DNA of 63,783 nucleotides, counting the filler, from Octopus bimaculoides (taxonomy: Eukaryota), in NCBI RefSeq assembly GCF_001194135.2. It is 3 parts of 3 records of this genome, joined end to end, with 100 filler letters (N's around TTAATTAATTAA, not from the genome) between each part and the next. Parts side by side here need not be neighbours in the genome. Positions count along the whole stretch, not along the records: positions 1 to 27,625 come from NC_068986.1; 2 more parts are not named here. The stretch is one strand, 5' to 3'. The notes beneath the pieces were generated by a model, which was not told the DNA's origin, ran no database searches, and saw nothing but the letters and a program-made list of their open reading frames with translations. Position numbers and translations under genes: made by a program. Each line of letters begins with the position of its first letter. Positions within the stretch are counted from its first letter, which is position 1. Of this stretch, positions 1 through 13,691 are shown piece after piece.

Positions 1-36
1 ATATATATATATATATATATATATATACGTACATAC

Positions 37-96
<60 letters not shown>
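1..96. repeat. (AT)n and (AGAT)n microsatellites
   Basis: Direct inspection. Confidence 0.99.
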
Positions 97-126
97 TTAA
101 ATGCAGGTGTTATTCAAATCTTTATA

Positions 127-215
127 CTTCCGACATATGTTTCGAAGAAAACATTGGTATTATTCCAGAAGAAACAAAATTATATAAAACAATGCCATCT
201 TCTCATCAGGGAGAA
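127..215 (-). ncRNA. Minimal type I hammerhead ribozyme (Penelope type), intact core
   Basis: Minus strand reads UUCUCC-CUGAUGA-GAAGAUGGCAUUG..CAAUGUUUUCUUC-GAAAC-AUAU-GUC^GGAAG. Stem I, long stem II and palindromic stem III (ACAUAUGU) all pair. Confidence 0.8.
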
Positions 216-1051
216 AAGAGAAACAAAACGCATCAATAAGACGTTTTAACCAAATGTGATTACTGCATATATGAAATTACTGTGGAGAAGCATAGTCCGA
301 TAGGTGAATAGGAATAAAGTTTAAAAGCGTGGAAATGGATATGTTGAAAACAATGGCAAAAACATACCTTTAGTTCCTATAAGTAATTTCAACAGTAAGA
401 TATTTTTTTCAAAAACCGTTAATAGATATAAAGTCAAAGGCAATTTATAGAAAGAGAAGGAAGAGGAAAAAAGAAATTAGCAGATAACTAAGAGTGGAGA
501 AGCATAGTCCGATAGGTGAATAGGAATAAAGATAAAAGGCGTGGAAGAAATGAAATGTAAGAAGAAAGTTAAAGGATTTTATAGACTGGCAGAAATTACT
601 TATAGGAACTAAAGGTATGTTTTTGCCAATGTTTGCAACGATAAACGCGTTCTTTAATGTTTGCAACGATAAACGCGTTCTTTAGACCTCTTGTAAACAC
701 GTTTAAAGAACGCGTTTATCGTTGAAAACAATGGCAAAAACATACCTTTAGTTCCTATAAGTAATTTCAACAGTCTATAATATTCGACCTTTAACTTTCT
801 TCTTACATTCTTTAAACGTGTTTACAAGAGGTCTAAAGAACGCGTTTATCGTTGCAAACATTGGCAAAAACATACCTTTAGTTATCTGCTAATTTCTTTT
901 TTCTCCTTCCTTCTCTTTCTAGAAATTGCCTTTGACGTTATATCTATTAACGGTTGTTTTTTTTAAAATAACTTACCAACGTTCCCTTCATCATATAAGC
1001 AGTTATCACGTTCGGTTTAAACGTCTTATTGATGCGTTTTGTTTCTTTTTT

Positions 1052-1116
1052 TTTCCCTGATGAGAAGATTGTATTGTTTTACATCATTTTATTACTTCTA
1101 GGACATATTTCGGAAG
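1052..1116 (+). ncRNA. Decayed hammerhead copy
   Basis: TTTCC-CTGATGA-GAAG...CTTC-TAGGAC-ATATTTC-GGAAG; GAAAC and GTC are mutated relative to 127-215. Confidence 0.55.
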
Positions 1117-1314
1117 TATAAAGATTTGAATAACACTTGCATTTAACTCCATTTATTTATTTATCTATGTAATACAAAAACATTTCACTAAACCCTGGAA
1201 TTTCTACCTTTATAAGTAGAGTGTTACATCCTTGGCACTTATGTGAATTTTTGCTACTCTGGTAACTATTTTTTTCCGTATTATTTGTACACGTTGAAAA
1301 AATACACATACATT

Positions 1315-1346
<32 letters not shown>

Positions 1347-1813
1347 CTTTGCTCTACATTACTTAAGGTTTCGTGAACTAGAAAGATGTGTCCATCGCGT
1401 CAGATGCCAGAATATATGTATATGTGCCTGTGCCCACACACACGTATCCATATTCATATGCATGTGCATATGTACATTTATATACATATACATGTATACA
1501 TGCATATTCATGTAAATATGTGTATATACACATACACACGTGTACACATACATACACATGTATTATGTATTTACTATATGAATATATATACATATATACA
1601 CACACACACATATATATATGCATATAGCTATAGAACTTCGCACACGTCCACCTCCACGTGCATAATATATGTATGTATGTATTAATATATAGAGAGAGAG
1701 AGTGGGGAAAGAGTCATACAAGCACAGAAACCCTCAAACACATAAATATATACATACATTCATACATACATACATACATACATACATACATGCATGCATA
1801 CTTGCATACATGC

Positions 1814-1845
<32 letters not shown>

Positions 1846-2847
1846 TCATTACATTCGTAAGCAACAGGAGAAGACATTTTTAAAAAATACTAGAAAGGAT
1901 GGAAAAGGATGGTTTATTCGAATCAGATATTGTACAATTTTCAGTATGATTACGTGTGCACATGTGTCCACGTGCATGCGTGTTTATGTAACAACATCTG
2001 GTTCAGATTAGTTTAACATAATTTTGTAGTTGTCAAAATATAATTGTTTCTCGATAAATTTATATTATTTAGTCATTTTTTAAAAATTATATTTATATTT
2101 ATTTAGTTATTTCGAAATAATTTCAATATTTCTTTGGGCATTAAATTACTTCGTCACATTTTTTAAACTTATTTATCATTTAGATAATTTCCTGCGCGTG
2201 TTTACATATATATATATGCATATATATTGAGGGACCCCTCAATATACACAAGAGAAAAAAGCCAGGTCAGTTCCTCCTCAACTTTATTCGATTATCAAAG
2301 AATATGTATATGTATTTTTCCATATACGTATTTTCATACACTGTTTTTAACATTTTCATCTTATTATCAGAGAATGTGGGATAATCAGTATGTAACACTA
2401 CAAAGTTCATACAAAGCTTTATACTTTAAATATATTTTATCATCAAAGAATGTATATATGCATTTTAATACTCAAACTGTTTTTTAACATTTTTTATTAT
2501 TCTCAAAGACTTTTGATAATCTTTTTCTAAAAAAGTGAAACCGGTTAAGTAAATAAATATTTTTAAAATAAGTGCATTTTCAAACCTTCTTTCATATATA
2601 TTTCCACTCGTACGGTATTCCACAACTTTACTTTATTATATATATATATATATATATATATACACGCTCACACACATTCATACACAGACACATATGACTA
2701 TATATTATTTAGTGTTGAATTCAATAAATTCAGATATAATTCTTTTTTTTACTTGAGTTGTTAACAAAAACATATATTATTCGGAAATGATTAGTAAATA
2801 TTAGTAATTATTCACATCCTTCCCTTCCCCGGTTATACTCAGACGCG

Positions 2848-2888
<41 letters not shown>

Positions 2889-3639
2889 ACTGATATTTGT
2901 ATACATACATGTTTCAGTGTGCACACGACTGTTTGTGTGCATGTGCGTTCATCTATATGTGTCACTGAATATATATGTATGCATGTATGTGTGTATGTGT
3001 ATATTATACATAGAGAGAGATAAATGGATAGACAGACAGACAGTCAGACAGACAGACAGGCAGACAGACAGATAAATAGATAGATATATAGAGATGTATA
3101 TAATGTATATATATAAGCGTATGTATAGGTAAGTGAGCGTGTGTGTGTATGTGTGAGTGTGTACATATTTATGCACATACATAAGTATGGATATTCATTT
3201 GTGTATACATATATCTCCACATACACACATATATATGTATATAAATGTATATGTGTAAGTATATGTACATATACAGAGATTCATACATACAAGCGTACGA
3301 ACATACAGACATACACACATACATACACTCATACATACATACATACATACATACATACATACATACATACATACATACATTGTCATTCTCGAATGAAAAA
3401 TAATGAAGACTACAGTTCAATAAGATCTCAATGCGATGAAAATGTATTTTTTAATTTATTTAAAAAGCTGTAACTTGCAACTAACGAATGTTGTTTTTCA
3501 TCCGGGGTCAGAAGGGATTCATTTCTTACTTCTGATGATATATATTATACATTAAAATAGATTAAAATATTTGTTTGTTCTAAGGTCATTCGCCTCTATA
3601 GTGATGCGCTATGAATCAATGCGTTCTTGTCTCGTAGAT

Positions 3640-3711
3640 ACATAGACAGATAGATAGATAGATAGACAGCCAGCCAGCCAGACAGACAGACAGACAGACA
3701 GGCAAGCAGGC

Positions 3712-3806
<95 letters not shown>

Positions 3807-3817
3807 CAGATAGATAA

Positions 3818-3890
<73 letters not shown>
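3640..3890. repeat. Compound (AGAC)n/(AGAT)n microsatellite, about 250 bp
   Basis: Direct inspection; representative of dozens of AT, AC, AG, ACAT, AGAT, CAT and AAT tracts in the window. Confidence 0.99.
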
Positions 3891-3891
<1 letters not shown>

Positions 3892-4321
3892 GTGGCTGTG
3901 TGTTCAGAAGTCTATTTCACAACCACACGATTTCAGGTTCGTTCCCTCTGCGTGGCAACTTGGGCAAGTGTGAAAGGATTTGGTAGACGGAAACTGAAAC
4001 TCCGTCCTATGCATAAATACATACATACATACATACATACATACATACATACATACATACATACATACATACATGCATGCAGATATATTTGTGTGTGTTT
4101 GTGTGTGTGTGTGTGTATTTGTGTGTGTGTGCGTGTGTTTATTTTTGTGGCTCCAACAGGTGTTGGTTTGTTCCCATAACTTAGCGGCCAAAGAGATAGA
4201 ATAAGTGCCAATCTTAAAATATTACATTCTGAGGTCAATTTGTTCGACTAAAACCTTCAAGATAGTGCCCCAGCATGGCCGCAGTCCAATGACTGAAAAA
4301 GACAAAAGATATATATGCATA

Positions 4322-4408
<87 letters not shown>

Positions 4409-4619
4409 TTTCATATATATATATATATATATATACAAAAAAATTATAATTATAAGCATAATTATAATTAGGGTTCAGCAAAATTGCTTCACCACATACC
4501 GAAATTTAGAAATAGCAGTTAAATACTATTCCACTACCATAAGATATCTCCCGGACAGCAATACTCCCAACTCACGCAGGCAAAGAGAAAATATAACGAA
4601 TCCACCCGGCTTTGATCAA

Positions 4620-4692
4620 CTATATACGCGTTTCTGGATTAAAGAGATGTAAAATATCATTTTTTACTCACTTATTTCCGTCTTCAGTATAG
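4620..4692 (-). ncRNA. Minimal type I hammerhead ribozyme (Penelope type)
   Basis: Minus strand reads CUAUA-CUGAAGA-CGGA..UCCA-GAAAC-GC-GUA^UAUAG. Perfect 5-bp stem I, palindromic ACGCGU stem III, one C.A mismatch at the base of stem II. Confidence 0.7.
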
Positions 4693-4775
4693 TATTTCAA
4701 TTATAAATTTGAGAGTACTAATAATTAATATATGTATTCGACCAAGCGCCATCGAACAGCTCATATCCAAAAACC

Positions 4776-5001
4776 AGTACTTCCGAATTCATATAGACGA
4801 GTGAGATGGGACCTGGGAAAATTGTGGTGGGGCGTTGGATCAAAAATTCTTTTCTTTGTTTTTAGTGGGACATGGAATTGTGAAAATCGTTTTTTCACAG
4901 CAAATACTATACCTATACTTTTTTTCCAATCACCGGTTGGGGCATACATTTTTTGGAAAGTTATAGTGGGGCCTGGCGGAAAATAAGTTGGGAAACATTG
5001 C
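4776..5001. mobile_element. Old hAT-Charlie-like MITE
   Basis: Right end GTTGGGAAACATTG|CTTTAGAC; left end CAGTACTTCCGAA is a weak match. Confidence 0.4.
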
Positions 5002-5380
5002 TTTAGACCAAGGAAATTTTACCTCCGATCAGATCCGGACCTTCAGCAAATAAAAACAAACTAACCCTTTAAGAGAATCAACCAACTGGAACGATAGATG
5101 ACAATTCCCTACAGGGAACGCCAAACTTGATTACCAGAAAGAATAAGACGTCATCAGAAATTTAACGAATCAAAAATTATATCCGTTTACAAAAAAAAAA
5201 CTTCTAAATACACTGATTCCAAAACACTCTGTTACAAGCAAAAAAAACCCTGCACGCGAAGGAAAAAAGAACCCAAGATGACAGAAACTGTAACAAAACC
5301 CTTTCCCTTTAATTTCTTTCTTTTTTTTTTTCTCTCTCCAAACTCAATGTGACCGAGCTTTTGGTAATCCACATTTTTAA

Positions 5381-5518
5381 TATCCTTCGCCGATCATTTC
5401 TGATATTATTGAATTTTGTGAACATTTAATCATTTAAAAATGTTGATACACATTTTTATATTCTTCACCGATCATTTTTGATATTATTGAATTTTGTGAA
5501 TATTTAATCATTGAAACA
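5381..5518. repeat. Two-copy tandem repeat, period 78 bp
   Basis: TAT(C/T)CTTC(G/A)CCGATCATTT(C/T)TGATATTATTGAATTTTGTGAA.ATTTAATCATT at 5381 and 5459. Confidence 0.85.
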
Positions 5519-5735
5519 TATTTTCGATTTCGCAATTTTAAATTTTAAAAAACATTTAAAAAAAAATTTCATTTGTTTGTACCATTGATAAACAAAAAAT
5601 TGTTGAGACTAGTTTGGGATGTGTGTAAATAAATTTATTTAAAAACAATTACAAGTTTTTTCAAATTCAGGTGCATTTTCAACAACAAATTCTCCTATAT
5701 TTTTTCCTGCGCGGAAATACTCCCTTTCTTTTCTA

Positions 5736-7140
<1,405 letters not shown>

Positions 7141-8140
7141 GTACATCTATATACTAACAAAACTCTGTGATTGCTTGCTTGCTTGCATGCATACTTGTCT
7201 GTAATTTAATACAGCCAAACCGGCGCAGAATGGGAAAATACTCAGAAAGTAAGGTACCGCTGAAATGTGTATTCAAACGGAATAAAACAAGTTTCGTGTA
7301 AACCGGACTACGGATTCCCTAGATACGCGGTTTTTTTGGGGGGGGGGGGGTACTTTCACAAATAGCCAAAATGGTATATAATGGGAAAATACTCAGAAAG
7401 TAAGGTACCGCTGAAATGTGTATTCAAACGGAATAAAACAANNNNNNNNNNNNNNNNNNNNNNNNNNNNNNNNNNNNNNNNNNNNNNNNNNNNNNNNNNN
7501 NNNNNNNNNNNNNNNNNNNNNNNNNNNNNNNNNNNNNNNNNNNNNNNNNNNNNNNNNNNNNNNNNNNNNNNNNNNNNNNNNNNNNNNNNNNNNNNNNNNN
7601 NNNNNNNNNNNNNNNNNNNNNNNNNNNNNNNNNNNNNNNNNNNNNNNNNNNNNNNNNNNNNNNNNNNNNNNNNNNNNNNNNNNNNNNNNNNNNNNNNNNN
7701 NNNNNNNNNNNNNNNNNNNNNNNNNNNNNNNNNNNNNNNNNNNNNNNNNNNNNNNNNNNNNNNNNNNNNNNNNNNNNNNNNNNNNNNNNNNNNNNNNNNN
7801 NNNNNNNNNNNNNNNNNNNNNNNNNNNNNNNNNNNNNNNNNNNNNNNNNNNNNNNNNNNNNNNNNNNNNNNNNNNNNNNNNNNNNNNNNNNNNNNNNNNN
7901 NNNNNNNNNNNNNNNNNNNNNNNNNNNNNNNNNNNNNNNNNNNNNNNNNNNNNNNNNNNNNNNNNNNNATATATATATATATATATATAAAGCTTTTTAG
8001 CTTTGGCCACCATATTGTACGCACGTACAACGTGGTCTGCTGTCGAGAAAAGTCAGTATATACTCGACTTTTGCTGCTAAAACTGAACAAGACTTGGTGA
8101 AGTCGTTGTCTTTCTATAGCAGGAACTCAAATTTGCGAAA

Positions 8141-8620
8141 ATGACAACAACAAAAGATCGTCGCGGTACTCGGCACATGTTTGCCAGGAGATTCCACCGC
8201 CATGGAGTCCTTCCACTGTCTACTTATATGAAAGTCTATAAACGTGGTGATTTGGTTGATGTCAAAGGTGACGGAGGTAGACAAAAAGATATGCCACATA
8301 AATCCTACCACGGTCGTACGGGTCGAGTTTTTAATGTAACACAACACGCTGTCGGTGTGATCGTCAACAAACAAGTGAAACATCGCATCATCCCATAGAG
8401 GATCAATTTGAGAATCGAACACGTGAAACCATCGAAGTGTCAACAGGATTTCCGTCAGAGAATTGCCGAATGTAGCAACCTGAAAGCTGAAGCAAAAGCT
8501 AAAGGAGTCCACGTTTGTTTAAAGAGACAGCCTGCAGGTCCCGTAAAAAGGCATTTTGTGTCAATATCCCAAAATAAGCCCACAGTCTTGGAACCAACCC
8601 CCTATGAATTCGTGGCATAA
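8141..8620 (+). pseudogene. RPL21: Processed (intronless) pseudogene of 60S ribosomal protein L21 (eL21)
   Basis: ORFs 8141-8398 and 8408-8620 are in the same frame and give a full-length eL21 ([34 protein letters not shown]). One in-frame TAG at 8396-8398 sits where Lys is expected (RIIP*RIN). No introns; several conserved residues altered. Confidence 0.93.
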
Positions 8621-8672
8621 ATCTTACAGGGAACACTTCGATAAAAGGAAGTAAGTTAATGTGTTGAATATA

Positions 8673-8717
<45 letters not shown>

Positions 8718-9147
8718 NNNNNNNNNNNNNNNNNNNNNNNNNNNNNNNNNNNNNNNNNNNNNNNNNNNNNNNNNNNNNNNNNNNNNNNNNNNNNNNNNNN
8801 NNNNNNNNNNNNNNNNNNNNNNNNNNNNNNNNNNNNNNNNNNNNNNNNNNNNNNNNNNNNNNNNNNNNNNNNNNNNNNNNNNNNNNNNNNNNNNNNNNNN
8901 NNNNNNNNNNNNNNNNNNNNNNNNNNNNNNNNNNNNNNNNNNNNNNNNNNNNNNNGAAAATATCAAAACTATATAACACTTAATTCCGAGTAAAGATGTC
9001 AGGGAGGAAGTGAATGAAATACAATCTTTATTATTTCCCTCCTGTCAAATTTATTCTTAGGAAGGACTCAGTCCGAGACACCAGATACTCCACTCTTCAA
9101 GGGAATTTCACTGCCTAACTGTTCTCTTTCTGTCGCTTCGTGTGTGT

Positions 9148-9201
<54 letters not shown>

Positions 9202-9339
9202 GTGTGTGGTAAGAAACTTGCTTCCCAGCCACATGGTTCTGGGTTCGGTCACAGTTGCATGGCATTACTACTATAGCCTCGTGAATGGATTTGGTAGAGT
9301 GGATTTAGTAGACGGAAACTGAAAGAAGCCTGTTGTATA

Positions 9340-9379
<40 letters not shown>

Positions 9380-9592
9380 TGTGTGTCTTTGTGTCTGTGT
9401 TTGTCCCTCCATCACCGTGTGATAACTGGTGTTGGTGTCTTTTTGTCCCCGTAGCTTAGCGGTTTGGCAAAATAGACCGATAGAATAAGTACCAGACATA
9501 AACAAACAAGTCCCGGGGTCGATTTGCTTGACTAAAAGGTGATACCCTAGCATTGCCGCAGTCACATGACTGAAACATACATATATATGCAC

Positions 9593-9955
9593 ACATGAAT
9601 ATCTTGTCTGAACAGCGAATACTGCGTTATTAGCATTGAGAGATCCTCTCATGTAGGTGCTTGGTGCATAAGAGCACACACATTGATCTACCAAACGAGA
9701 ATCAGGCGCCGGAACTCTCGTAACACGTGATGTCATTCTATTGCAAATCATCAGTGGGCTGCGCCCAGTCACCGCATGTCAATCAAATCTCACTGTTACA
9801 AAATACAGAATACCTGTATCTTTTCAGACATTGATGTCTCAAACACCCAGCCGGCTTCTTAAGAATTAGTTATTAGCGACGAAAACTAATAATACCTTCG
9901 GGAATTCCCCGAGACCAATAACGCAATATTCAGTCTTCTAACAAGATATCCATGT
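9593..9955. mobile_element. Unclassified TIR element (MITE)
   Basis: About 41-bp terminal inverted repeat, 33 of 41 identical (ACATGAATATCTTGTCTGAAC.. versus ACATGGATATCTTGTTAGAAG..). Confidence 0.65.
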
Positions 9956-11441
9956 TAAGTTGGATATAAAGATTACCTTTTGGTATTTTCTTTCAAATTT
10001 ATTCAAATTTTTCTCAATGGCGTTCAAGCCAATCGCTAATAAAATGATAATACTTTTGATTTAAGATAGATCCCGGGATATATAATATGTGTTTGAGCTA
10101 GTGTCTGCTTATATGTAGGTGTACGCATTTGCACTTATGTTCTGGGAGAATGTCTCTTTAGTACGTAGGTATTTGTGTCCGTGTGTGCACGTGTGTGTGG
10201 GGGAGTGCATCATTACTTTTTACATACCTGTCTTTGTAGAAGCATACAACCGAGTGTGTGCATATATTCAGTTAAAGTTCTCTGATGGCGAATCTTTGAA
10301 ATGTCTTACAGATTTTCACTGTGCCGCTAATAGATTGGATTTGAATGATGCACGTCAGTTTCTTTTACTCTTTCTTAGAAAATCCTAGCGTTTTTAAGTT
10401 TTTGTGCAATTCAAGTATCGCACACGTTTGCAGCCATGAAATGTTGCAATTTTCAAGCTCGTTGAAGTATACGGAAGATGCAGTATAGGCGGGAGCAATC
10501 ACGACTCCTTGGCGCCTGTGCTGTCATGTCCACCGTTGACGTGCCACCATATCTAGAAGGTGTAGACTTAGTCTAGTCATACCGGGCTATGTCCTCGTCA
10601 TCACATGTGCCTATGACAGGGTATGTAAAGGGGAACAGGAAAGGAGCGGCAAGGTGGTTATGCTCGAGCGCAAGTCGACAGCCACCACATATGTACGTAT
10701 ATACACCTTTCTCTTATCCTTCTCCTCCTCTCTGTCCCTCCCCCTCTCTCTCTCCTCTTTCCCTCCTTTCTGAATAATACACAGACTTTTGTCAGGTCAT
10801 ATGCACCTTCTCTTGTAATTGATAACCTTTAAAATTTCCGATTTTTCTCGTCGTCGTCGTCGTCTCTCTCTCTCTCTCTCTCTCTCCTTTTCCTGTCTCT
10901 CCAAGTCTACAACATTGTCCCACTCTGGCTATCTTTATCTCTTTATGTCTAACTTTTCTTCCCTTTTTTTCTCTTGAAGAAAAAGAAACCCTTTTTTTTT
11001 TCAATTGCCGTTGTTTTATTGAATTCCCCACAAGAATTTGCTCAGTCGACGAAATTCACGCCTCTCCCCCTCCACCTCTCCACCACTGCATCATGTACCA
11101 CTCCTCGTGACCTAGTTCCAGATTTCCTTCCAACTCTTAAAGCATGGCAAATCTAGAACTAAGTTGCATAATTTGATACCTCAGACGGCATGTCAGACAT
11201 CTGTTGTTCTGTAACACTCGCATAAACGGATATAGATACTTACACAAACACACGCGCACACACACTCACACAAACATATACATACACAACACACAACACA
11301 CACACACACTCACTTACACATATGCATTCACACACACACATATACACATATCCCACACATACACTCACGCACACAAATCCGTACAAATTCACACATGTAC
11401 ATGCATTTGTTCACATATGTGTGCCTACATGTGTTTCTGTA

Positions 11442-11486
<45 letters not shown>

Positions 11487-12606
11487 NNNNNNNNNNCTGT
11501 ATGTGTGTGTGTGTGTGTACTATGTACGTATGTAAGCATGTGTGTGCGCACTCAGAGGAACATGCTCATTTAATAAAAACATATATGTTTGTGCATGTAT
11601 GTCTCTGCGTATATACGTGTGTGTATGTTTGTCTGTGGGTAAGTGTGTGCAGGCAGGCGGACGTTTGTCTTAGAAGATTACCATTACTTTAGTTATATAT
11701 TTATAACTGAAGGATCAAGTTCAAAGTCGAACCCTGCTTGAATTGAACTCCGTACCATGAGACAGGGAACTAGATACCATGCATTATTTAGTGCATTATG
11801 ACTAACTCGCGACTAGGTCAGGCTGAAAGCGAAAATTAAACGGAAGATTACTCCATGTTTATCTTTTCATGTCTATGTTGTTATTTTCTATATATTCTAA
11901 AATTGGGGCGGTATTTTGAAGACTAGCATGTTCCTAGCGCAAGAACGACATGCAATTTCCAGTAGTGTAATTTGGACTAAATGTAAAGAGCATAACTAAT
12001 GAAAACGCGCTGCGTATATCATCTGATGTTCTACCGGTTTTCTCAACTGCCACTCCACTAATGGTTTCAGATTTTGATACAAAGCCAGCAAAATTAGTGA
12101 AAAGGAGTACATCGATTACATCGACCCCAGCACTTGACTGGTATTTATTGTACCGACCTTGAAAGGATGGAAAGCAACGTTGACCAAGGCAGAAGAAATG
12201 CCGCTATGCAAATTATCCAGCGTGCTAATAATTCTGCCAGCTCGACGCCTTTACCACCTCAATGATAACTGAATTGTTTCTAAGATAGGAGCGAGGCCTG
12301 AAATTTCTCTTCACTTATTTTAGTTGTTTTCTGTGGCTTCTATTTCTGTTGACTTCGCATATCTTATGATTTTTCTCCCCCTTTTTCTTCTTTTTCCCTT
12401 TCGTATTTCCCACGGTCGTGTGGATGCTTTCCTCAGCAACCATCACTTCCTTGAAATTGAAGTGGTCCTACTGTTTGGAGTGCCAGACGTTTTGCACAGC
12501 CGTTTAGGCGCTGCCTGTTTGCTGGCGTTGTTTCGACTGGTTTATTTGACATCAAACGTTTACGTGTTTCTTTCGCTCTTCCTTGTGTGTGTGTGTGTGT
12601 GTGTGA

Positions 12607-12642
<36 letters not shown>

Positions 12643-13102
12643 CTGGTAAGCATATTTCTCTACGCGTATGAAGAGAAGGAAAATGTTTATGTCAATAGTG
12701 TTCAATTAATAAATTGTAATGTCACTTTCTCCCCCACCTCTCTCTCATGCACACACATACACAAACTCTTTCTATCTGTATGTGTAAATTCTACGCGCGC
12801 TTATGTGTATGCTTGTTTCCAGTGCTAAGGCGTACTGATGTCAAAGAGTACTGACAGCCGCGCCCTACTGTCTCATTTAACACTGTTTGATACTGTTTGG
12901 GGACGGAATGACTTCTCGTTAGTTTCGAGGCCTGAGCACAAAACGCTTTCCGGAGCTGTTTCTAGTGATACTCTAGAAACTGAGGCTTACTGCTCTTGTT
13001 GCCGTGTCAGCTGGTTTTTGCTGCATTACTTTCTTTTTCCTAGTTTTCCCGATTCTCTCAAGTGGTTATTACTACGACATATGCGGCAACGAAGTCCTTT
13101 GC

Positions 13103-13245
13103 CAGTAGCGTAGCTAGGAGTCAGGCCAGAGAGGCGATCCGTCCCAGGCGACGCTTTTATGGTGACGGCATCTTTGCGTCTGCTGTATAAACCTCTATAG
13201 GCCTAGGGAAGCCCCAGGCAGCACACACTATAGCTATGCCATTTG
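13103..13245. mobile_element. Short hAT-like MITE
   Basis: CAGTAGCGTAGCTAG ... ATAGCTATGCCATTTG terminal inverted match; GC-rich interior; no TSD found. Confidence 0.5.
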
Positions 13246-13691
13246 CACCATTTGTCTTATGGCTTTTGTCTCGGCGTTTCAGGATAAATTAGAATTATAA
13301 AATCTGTCCTCTTTTGAAGTTGACTTTGCCTTTCATCCTTTCACTCACCACCCACTTGTCCGGCTGGCGCTACAGTAGATGAAATTTGCTCAAGGTGTCA
13401 CGCAATGAGACTGAACCCAAAACAACGTGGTTCAAAAGCCAGCTTCTTAACGATCTATTTTTGCCGATGCTTTGGAGATAGAAAGGGGAGAGATTTTCGG
13501 ACAAAAAATCAAGTCTTGGAGCGGAGAAAGAATAAGAACAAAAGGAAAATAAGGGGTGCAACCGAGATGGGAGAGAAGAATTATTAGTTGGTTTAAGTTG
13601 AGAGGGAATTGTTGACCAGGTCAGCGATGGCCGGCAACTTGTGACTTTCATGTATCGAAACCATAACTGGTTTATTTTGTTGCATTGAAGA

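Larger units (their letters stand above)
97..1146. mobile_element. Rearranged Penelope-like terminal-repeat relic with outward-facing inverted arms
   Basis: 97-270 is the reverse complement of about 990-1146. Both arms carry a hammerhead motif and end at GCATTTAA followed by simple repeat. The interior is built of shuffled direct and inverted blocks. Confidence 0.7.

Noticed and set aside
3525-3570. CTGATGA/CTGAAGA hits at about 3532, 30579, 30823, 45507, 48558 (-) and 58614
   Set aside because: No properly placed stem II plus GAAA plus cleavage triplet, so not called hammerheads.
1243-4481. Many 60-120 aa ORFs rich in Y, I, H, T, C, V and M
   Set aside because: They are translations of AT, AC, ACAT and AGAT microsatellites; the same applies throughout the window.
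7227-7441. 62-bp exact direct repeat (7229-7290 and 7380-7441)
   Set aside because: The second copy ends at a gap edge; more likely contig-end redundancy than a biological repeat. Only two units, so not a CRISPR array.
7356-8100. Long ORFs of 190-363 aa (also at 58673-59764 and 62181-62912)
   Set aside because: They run through N gaps. Only the Tc1 tail of the last one is real.
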